Virus record (IMG/VR): IMGVR_UViG_3300021961_008157
Reading direction: 5' to 3' (one strand)
DNA: 64,000 nucleotides
DNA from: a virus
Shown here piece by piece: positions 48,219-53,987 of the stretch (the stretch's first letter is position 1; the number at the start of each line of letters is the position of its first letter). The notes under the pieces are model-generated. The model was given only the letters and a program-made list of their open reading frames with translations. It was not told the DNA's origin and made no database searches. The position numbers were made by a program, and so were the translations under genes.

Positions 48219-49022
48219 TTATTTCGAAGCAAGGTCAATATAATTATCAAACATATCGCCGATAATTTTTGCTCTTTGCTTTATATTTTTGTTGCCCAGC
48301 GTAACCATAGTGTAAAGAACACCATCCTTTTCCACTAACATAGCCAAACAACGACCAGCAGCAGTAGTCCACCCAGTTTTGGTTAGAACTATTTCGTTGT
48401 GCTTGAACACCCATTGATTGGTATTACGCAATTGAATTTTCACTGGCTTTTTGCGTTTTGGCGGAGTGTATTCAACCAGGTACTGTTGAGTGCTGCTTAG
48501 GAACTTGATCAGTGGATACTTGTTTAGCGTTAATAAAAATTCTGTCAACTCGCGCACCGTGCTAACATTTGCACTTAGCAGTCCTGTGCTGTCAGCAATC
48601 TTGGTGTTTACCAGTCCCATCTTTTCAACATGCATATTAGCATCGATTAAAAACTGTTCATAACCACCGGGATGTGCGCGGGCCAGCGACTCAGCTGAAC
48701 GATTGTCGGAACTCATCAGCATAGCTCGTAGTAGTTCATAGCGTTCAACCCGTGCGCCATTGGCAAAACGTCCCGAGCTCCTACCGTTTACTTTGATGGG
48801 TTCATATAAATTAACGCCGCTGTTTAAAACAGTATAAGCAGTAAACAGTTTGGTAATGCTGGCTATGCTACGAACATCTTGTGTTTCTTTTTCAAGTTCA
48901 AACCGTTGCTCGCGAGCATTGTACAATCCATAACTGTTGTACTCTGCTTCATCAGCAAGGCTGCTCCTTGAAAACAACAATGCCAAAACCGCAAAGGATA
49001 GGTATGCGATGCCTTTAATCAT
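48219..49022 (-). CDS. D-Ala-D-Ala carboxy/endopeptidase, peptidase S11 (PbpG-like)
   Basis: ASITK, SDN, KTG, AGRCL; signal peptide; start re-assigned to MIKGIAY. Confidence 0.9.
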   Translation of the reverse strand: MIKGIAYLSFAVLALLFSRSSLADEAEYNSYGLYNAREQRFELEKETQDVRSIASITKLFTAYTVLNSGVNLYEPIKVNGRSSGRFANGARVERYELLRAMLMSSDNRSAESLARAHPGGYEQFLIDANMHVEKMGLVNTKIADSTGLLSANVSTVRELTEFLLTLNKYPLIKFLSSTQQYLVEYTPPKRKKPVKIQLRNTNQWVFKHNEIVLTKTGWTTAAGRCLAMLVEKDGVLYTMVTLGNKNIKQRAKIIGDMFDNYIDLASK

Positions 49023-49049
49023 GTTAATACTTAGCACAGGGCTAAAAAT

Positions 49050-49139
49050 TGGCGGAAGCGGTGAGATTCGAACTCACGATACCGGTTAAGGTATGACGGG
49101 TTAGTAATCCGTTGCCTTCGGCCACTCGGCCACGCTTCC
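49050..49139 (-). tRNA. tRNA-Ser(ACT)
   Basis: Type II cloverleaf, G73, loop TTACTAA, CCA. Confidence 0.88.
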
Positions 49140-49636
49140 TAAAATTGTCCATTAACTGATCGTAATCTAGCATTACCCAAATCACGAAAACGATCTGCTG
49201 CATAACTTGCAGCAAACGCATGGGGTTTAACTGCGGGGGTAAGATTACAAGTTCCTTTTATATATCCAATGGCTTGTGCAATTACACAATTAGAACCATG
49301 TGTTTCATCGGGATTGATGTCTAAATGTACTTCAACAAACCTGCCGGCAAACGAGTCACTTAATCGCTGATACATGTCGGACACTTTATAAACTTCGTTC
49401 ATCAGTCGCAATGCGGGACGACCCACACGATTATCCCAGTCACGCTCCCGCACCACTTCTCCGAATATTTTACAGCCACTATTGCCATTAATGTGCACCA
49501 CAATGGCTAGAGTGTAATCTGCATACCAACCGTCGAATAGTTTAACACGCTCACTGTCACAACCTAGGTAGATACGGGTTTCGGCGCTTTGGGCTTGAAT
49601 AAACTCCTTGACCTGCTCTATGTCGATTGTTTGCAT
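49139..49636 (-). CDS. RNase H-like YkuK (DUF458) family protein
   Basis: IYLGCDS, RLMNEV, VEVHLDIN, ASYAAD. Confidence 0.8.
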   Translation of the reverse strand: MQTIDIEQVKEFIQAQSAETRIYLGCDSERVKLFDGWYADYTLAIVVHINGNSGCKIFGEVVRERDWDNRVGRPALRLMNEVYKVSDMYQRLSDSFAGRFVEVHLDINPDETHGSNCVIAQAIGYIKGTCNLTPAVKPHAFAASYAADRFRDLGNARLRSVNGQF

Positions 49637-49690
49637 GTTAAATTATTTATGGTGCACTTAATTGTATTTGAATAAACAAAATACTTAATT

Positions 49691-50299
49691 TTATTTTATT
49701 TTTTTAATTTTTAAAGCATACGGGTTAACATACACACCCGGAGATGTGATACTTTTTCTAACAGCACTTCTTGGACCAATTTTAGTATCGTCACAAATTG
49801 TTACATTATCCATTATTAATACATCTGTAGATATAAAACAAAAATTTCCAATTTTTACATTGCCGCCTACTAAAACAAATCCTGATAAAAAACTACCATT
49901 GCCTATAGAAACATTTTCTGCAAATGCACAGCCCCCGTGTATAATACAATCTTTGCCTGTGGTTAGGTTATACCATCCGGACCCTTGATATAAAAAACTC
50001 CCGGGTCCAATGGAACAATTGTTATATGTTGTGCCGGGCGCTGTTGAGTTATGTAGATAAGAAAACCTATCATGATTTCTTTCATCTAACAATGACGATA
50101 CCAACTTACGTTCTACAAAGTCTTTGGTTATAAGATTAATATATTGATAGTCTTGAGAAGAACTGCTTATAAAGTCAGATGGATTAATTCTTGTAATAGA
50201 TAATGATGGATCCTCATAATGAATGTAATTAGACAAAACTTTAAAAGTGGCAGTTTCGTAACTGATAGCTGCCAGCGGTTTACTATTTTTTATAATCAT
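49691..50299 (-). CDS. hexapeptide-repeat acyltransferase (NeuD/PglD-like)
   Basis: IGPGSF/IGNGSF/IGNFCF left-handed beta-helix repeats. Confidence 0.8.
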   Translation of the reverse strand: MIIKNSKPLAAISYETATFKVLSNYIHYEDPSLSITRINPSDFISSSSQDYQYINLITKDFVERKLVSSLLDERNHDRFSYLHNSTAPGTTYNNCSIGPGSFLYQGSGWYNLTTGKDCIIHGGCAFAENVSIGNGSFLSGFVLVGGNVKIGNFCFISTDVLIMDNVTICDDTKIGPRSAVRKSITSPGVYVNPYALKIKKIK

Positions 50300-50304
50300 T
50301 GACG

Positions 50305-51294
50305 TTATTTAACAGACACAACCAGGATACCGTTATTACCACCAAACCCAAAACTACATTTTAAAAAAGTTTTTTTTGATGAATCGTTGAAATTATCAAT
50401 TGCAGCAGCAAGTTCCACCAAACTGCTGGCGCCAAGTGTATGACCAATTTTTGATTTGTAAGATGTAATTGGAATGTTTGGAAGTATTTTACTGTGTAAT
50501 TCAAGTTCAACACTATCACCTGCTGGTGTTGCTGTAGCATGTGCATCCCAATAACTAAAATCTTCTTTAGAAATTCCTGACTTAGATATAGTATTTTCAA
50601 TTAAATCTTCTAACTTTTCAATATCAGATGGATTTGTTGGGTGTGTTGGAATTGTTTCATACCCTAAACTTTCTATTATTGCTTTTGTTTTTAAGTTGTG
50701 TTCTTCGGCAAAGTTTGTTGACGATACTATAATTGCTGCTGAACCATCGCCAAGCATTATGCCGCCGACGTTGCTATCCATTGGAGGTGCCCAAGTATCC
50801 GCTTTCGAAGTTGCCCCAATGCTGTTAAATATGTGCTTCATAAATTCGATGGAAGCAACTTCGGCTGATATAATTAGTGTTAGGCCCGAGTCGTTTCTTT
50901 GTGCTAATTGCAATGCCTTAATGCCCGAGGCACAGGCCGACAAAACACTAAACATATCTATGTTTGAACTTAACTTAGGATATAACCAAGCTAAATCAAC
51001 TACACCTAAGTATTGCAATGCTTTTGACGGTCGTGATCTGGCGCGACCTTGATTTATATTTTTATGTACTTCATCAACTGCGGTACTATCATTATATGTA
51101 CCTGCAACAATAATGGTATTAATAAGTGGTAATAAATGATCTGGTAACTCGGACAATGCTTTTTTCAGCAAATCAGAATAAGATAAATTTAATGGTATTA
51201 CCCAGCCCTGCTCGGTTTTTACAGGGGTTGCATTTTCAGTCACAGCATCTACATGCTTACTGTACAAAATAGACAACTTGGTTGGAATAATCAT
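50305..51294 (-). CDS. beta-ketoacyl-ACP synthase (FabB/FabF-like, shortened N-terminus)
   Basis: SACASG, LGDGSA, AHATATPAGD, KIGHTLGA, SFGFGGNN. Confidence 0.85.
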   Translation of the reverse strand: MIIPTKLSILYSKHVDAVTENATPVKTEQGWVIPLNLSYSDLLKKALSELPDHLLPLINTIIVAGTYNDSTAVDEVHKNINQGRARSRPSKALQYLGVVDLAWLYPKLSSNIDMFSVLSACASGIKALQLAQRNDSGLTLIISAEVASIEFMKHIFNSIGATSKADTWAPPMDSNVGGIMLGDGSAAIIVSSTNFAEEHNLKTKAIIESLGYETIPTHPTNPSDIEKLEDLIENTISKSGISKEDFSYWDAHATATPAGDSVELELHSKILPNIPITSYKSKIGHTLGASSLVELAAAIDNFNDSSKKTFLKCSFGFGGNNGILVVSVK

Positions 51295-51311
51295 TTATTG
51301 TAAATTATTTA

Positions 51312-51394
51312 TGGTGGGCAAGGAGAGACTCGAACTCTCACTCCGAGGAACTGGCTTCTAAGACCAGCGCGGCTACCAATTACGCCACTTGCCC
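51312..51394 (-). tRNA. tRNA-Leu(TAG)
   Basis: Type II cloverleaf, loop CTTAGAA, CCA. Confidence 0.95.
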
Positions 51395-51402
51395 ATTAGT
51401 AT

Positions 51403-51431
51403 ATTGTAGTTGATTTTTTGTAGTTTGTCAA
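51403..51431 (-). promoter_or_regulatory. sigma70 promoter of tRNA-Leu(TAG)
   Basis: TTGACA-N17-TACAAT. Confidence 0.7.
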
Positions 51432-51437
51432 GTGTAT

Positions 51438-51511
51438 TGGAGCGGGATACCAGAGTTGAACTGGTGACTTGTCCTTGGCAAGGATATATTTTACCCCTAA
51501 ACTAATCCCGC
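51438..51511 (-). tRNA. tRNA-Gly(GCC)
   Basis: Cloverleaf, loop TTGCCAA, CCA. Confidence 0.93.
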
Positions 51512-51528
51512 TTTCGTTTATTTATTGG

Positions 51529-51604
51529 TGGCTCCTCGACCTGGGCTCGAACCAGGGACCTACGGATTAACAGTCCGGTGCTCTACCAACTGAGCTATCG
51601 AGGA
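51529..51604 (-). tRNA. tRNA-Asn(GTT)
   Basis: Cloverleaf, loop CTGTTAA, CCA followed by a second CCA. Confidence 0.95.
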
Positions 51605-51723
51605 ATATAATTGGTTCGGTTTGTCTGACACTTAACCAATGAACTCTAGAATTCATTACGCTAAATTTCAAACCCAGGGTATTTAACCCGCGACATCAAT
51701 ACACCGAAAGGTTTTGATGCGTG

Positions 51724-51785
51724 TCCTTGATAGCATCACTGCTATTTCGTCCTTGTTACGTTGGACTCATCAGAAGGATAACGTT
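51724..51785 (-). ncRNA. type I hammerhead ribozyme
   Basis: TCCTT-CTGATGA-GTCC(AACGTAACAA)GGAC-GAAA-TAGCA(GTGA)TGCTA-TC^AAGGA; predicted cleavage between 51729 and 51728. Confidence 0.92.
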
Positions 51786-51788
51786 GTT

Positions 51789-51863
51789 TGGTGCGCCCGG
51801 GGAATTCCGACATCCCGACCCAGCGATTATGAGTCGCTTGCTCTGCCCCTGAGCTACAGGCGC
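51789..51863 (-). tRNA. tRNA with CAT anticodon, probably tRNA-Ile2 (lysidine)
   Basis: GCGACTCATAATCGC anticodon arm like enterobacterial ileX; atypical T loop GTCGGAA; CCA. Confidence 0.82.
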
Positions 51864-51902
51864 ATATTATAGAAAAGCTGACCGTCAGCTTATATATAAC
51901 AA

Positions 51903-51915
51903 ATTTTAAAGAACA
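51903..51915 (-). promoter_or_regulatory. boxA-like antitermination element
   Basis: TGTTCTTTAAAAT upstream of the tRNA cluster. Confidence 0.6.
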
Positions 51916-51989
51916 GTTGCATCAGTATTTTGCCGTTATAGCAAACCTCTCACTCGTTTGAATGACACAGTCACACTCTGACACAAAAA

Positions 51990-52236
51990 TGCTCTGCGTC
52001 CCCCGGCGGTAATTATACTGCATCAACGTAGCCCACAGACAGGACCCACCGCATCACACACAGCCTCCACCCGCTTCCCGACAGGGACCGTTCTCGCATT
52101 GCCAGCGCCGGTTAGGTTGGACCGCATCTTTCGACGTAAGACTATTATGTCTTAGAACCACCCGTGGCTATCACACCACTTCAATCCTCCGGGTCAGAGT
52201 AGCCGTTGATTAAACGGCACGGTTTTTACTGTCTAA
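51990..52236 (-). ncRNA. unidentified highly structured ncRNA (~240 nt)
   Basis: GC-rich, ORF-free, many hairpins and long-range helices, directly downstream of a consensus promoter. Confidence 0.7.
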
Positions 52237-52241
52237 ACGTT

Positions 52242-52270
52242 ATTATATAACAAATTTGATTTAATGTCAA
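52242..52270 (-). promoter_or_regulatory. consensus sigma70 promoter of the RNA operon
   Basis: TTGACA-N17-TATAAT. Confidence 0.85.
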
Positions 52271-52305
52271 CCGTTTTTGAAGCTGAGGAACCGATAAATA
52301 TTGTC

Positions 52306-52587
52306 ATGATTGAAGAATATACCGCATTGATTACCGATCATGGGTTCCCGGTTGTTGCCGCTCTTGCGGGTGGATACTTCATCTTTTTAACCATTAAATT
52401 CATTCTTCGTGGTGTTACTGAAAACATACGGGGACTAAAGGCAAACATTCAAGCACTAGAGCGACGTATTACTGTGATGAACAATGATATGAAACGCATA
52501 GACATCGCAGTCAGTAGAGTACTAGGCGTAGAAGCTGATTTAGACACTATTTCAAGATCCGAGCCCGACGATCGGAGAAAAGACTAA
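52306..52587 (+). CDS. small single-TM coiled-coil protein (GFPxxAA motif), start re-assigned
   Basis: HGFPVVAA; TAAATA 5 nt before ATG 52306. Confidence 0.65.
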   Translation: MIEEYTALITDHGFPVVAALAGGYFIFLTIKFILRGVTENIRGLKANIQALERRITVMNNDMKRIDIAVSRVLGVEADLDTISRSEPDDRRKD

Positions 52588-52865
52588 TGTCGCCTTCAGA
52601 GTTGGTAGCTCAGTACGGTTTTCCAATAGTAGCAGCAATAGGAATGGCCAGCATAATATATTATATTTGGATATGGGCAACAAACGAAGCCGGCACTATA
52701 CTAGATGAAACAAACACTACACTGATACGATTAATTGATCGCATACGAGTATTAGACAACGACATGATTCGATTGACTCAGAAAGTAAACGTGGTAACAC
52801 AACTTAAATCAACGCTGATTGACAAAGAAAATATCAAGTTTATTGATACTGTAAACAAACTATAA
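52587..52865 (+). CDS. paralog of the upstream GFPxxAA membrane protein
   Basis: YGFPIVAA...RIRVLDNDMIR vs RITVMNNDMKR. Confidence 0.65.
   Translation: MSPSELVAQYGFPIVAAIGMASIIYYIWIWATNEAGTILDETNTTLIRLIDRIRVLDNDMIRLTQKVNVVTQLKSTLIDKENIKFIDTVNKL
52835..52865 (+). repeat. 31-bp direct repeat, copy 1
   Basis: CAAGTTTATTGATACTGTAAACAAACTATAA, identical to 53588..53618. Confidence 0.95.
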
Positions 52866-52876
52866 CAAGGAGTATT

Positions 52877-53524
52877 ATGAATCTAGCATACTTGCCAATA
52901 GATATTCCTACTCCTATTCTTAACGAACAGAAAATAATAGATTGGTTTGAATCTCACAAATTAATAGATCAAGATTATTTGGAGTACCGCCAAGGCCAGC
53001 ATGCCTGGGCTACGGTTTCAACCTGTACACTTCCTAAAGACTGGCGTAGATTTGATAACAAAATGTGGGCTAATCGTAGACAGGAAAGCAACAACAATGG
53101 AGTATTATTTCATCCCGGGTTTGAAGATATATTTCCGGAACTAGCAAGTTGTATTAAACAACTGCCTTTTAAACAATTAACAGTTAGTAAAATGTTGTAT
53201 CAACTAAATGAAATTCCTGCTCACCAAGATGCTCCTGATCATAGAAATCCATCTGAGCCTAGAAGATATACTATATACTTAACTGCACCGGAGTATAATA
53301 CGTTTTATGTTTCTAAAACTGCTAATAGTGAAAAGATATTAATTAAAGTAGATCCTGAGTATTCGTGTTTTGTTTTTAATAATACTGATTGCTGGCACGG
53401 TGCATTAAAAAATGATCGGCCTAAAATTATCTTAACTACCGCAGGTATTTTAGACAATGAAAAACACGAAGCATTATTGGAAAGAAGTCTAAAAAAGTTT
53501 AAAAATCAAGCAATATACTTATGA
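52877..53524 (+). CDS. Fe(II)/2OG oxygenase-like (cupin) protein
   Basis: PAHQD...FVFNN...WHG......KI; AGGAG RBS. Confidence 0.6.
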   Translation: MNLAYLPIDIPTPILNEQKIIDWFESHKLIDQDYLEYRQGQHAWATVSTCTLPKDWRRFDNKMWANRRQESNNNGVLFHPGFEDIFPELASCIKQLPFKQLTVSKMLYQLNEIPAHQDAPDHRNPSEPRRYTIYLTAPEYNTFYVSKTANSEKILIKVDPEYSCFVFNNTDCWHGALKNDRPKIILTTAGILDNEKHEALLERSLKKFKNQAIYL

Positions 53525-53607
53525 AGTACCATTATTATTACAACAATATTCCAGGACAAGGACTATGTAGAAATAATCTCATCTACACAAGTTTATTGAT
53601 ACTGTAA
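53521..53607 (+). pseudogene. 28-codon ORF, probable truncated gene remnant
   Basis: ATGA-coupled to the oxygenase; runs into repeat copy 2 and stops there. Confidence 0.45.
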
Positions 53608-53618
53608 ACAAACTATAA
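53588..53618 (+). repeat. 31-bp direct repeat, copy 2
   Basis: Identical to 52835..52865. Confidence 0.95.
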
Positions 53619-53960
53619 TTTACTTAACCCTATCTCTGCCAGATCAACAGTGGCATAAATGTCAAATACTTGATGCATCCGCATGAGTTCAAATAGTGCT
53701 TGAACCGGGCGAGACATACCAGCGAGTGCCAGCTGCTGCCTATAATCAATACTTGAGCGCAGTAAACTGATCAGCGAGCCTAAGCCACTGCTGTCAATAA
53801 ACTTGACCTGTTCCATGTCCAATACCACATGCTGTATGCTGCCATCTCCTGCCAAGTGATTTAATACCTTTTGTTTGAACTCACTGGCGTTTACAACAGT
53901 TAGTTCGCTGACTGTGAGGGTAATGACGGTGACTGTACCTTGTTTTTTTACATTAAACAT
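53613..53960 (-). CDS. STAS-domain anti-sigma factor antagonist
   Basis: VVLDMEQVKFIDSSGLGSL with phosphorylatable Ser. Confidence 0.88.
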   Translation of the reverse strand: MFNVKKQGTVTVITLTVSELTVVNASEFKQKVLNHLAGDGSIQHVVLDMEQVKFIDSSGLGSLISLLRSSIDYRQQLALAGMSRPVQALFELMRMHQVFDIYATVDLAEIGLSKL

Positions 53961-53987
53961 AATTATATAACACTGATGTCGCTGCTG

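Noticed and set aside
49050-49139. Amber-suppressor (CTA) reading of the tRNA-Ser loop and possible stop-codon recoding
   Set aside because: The centred anticodon in TTACTAA is ACT; CTA is off-register with no U33. Genes are intact in code 11 and TAG serves as a normal stop (e.g. 16034, 48216).
51625-51695. Pistol ribozyme (TTAAATA...AGCGT-hairpin-GGT)
   Set aside because: P1, P2 and the pseudoknot cannot all be formed in the required order; a simple long hairpin explains the pairing better.
51990-52236. Cobalamin riboswitch, SRP or RNase P identity for the large ncRNA
   Set aside because: GAACGGTCCC and GGGAAG resemble B12 riboswitch pieces, but AGGGAA, GCCACTG and the B12 box are missing and no CDS follows. 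The RNase P GAGGAAAGTCC and SRP core motifs are absent.
46085-53618. Direct repeats as CRISPR repeats, att sites or IS target duplications
   Set aside because: Only two copies each, 0.75-1.06 kb apart, with no cas, integrase, transposase or terminal inverted repeats in the window.
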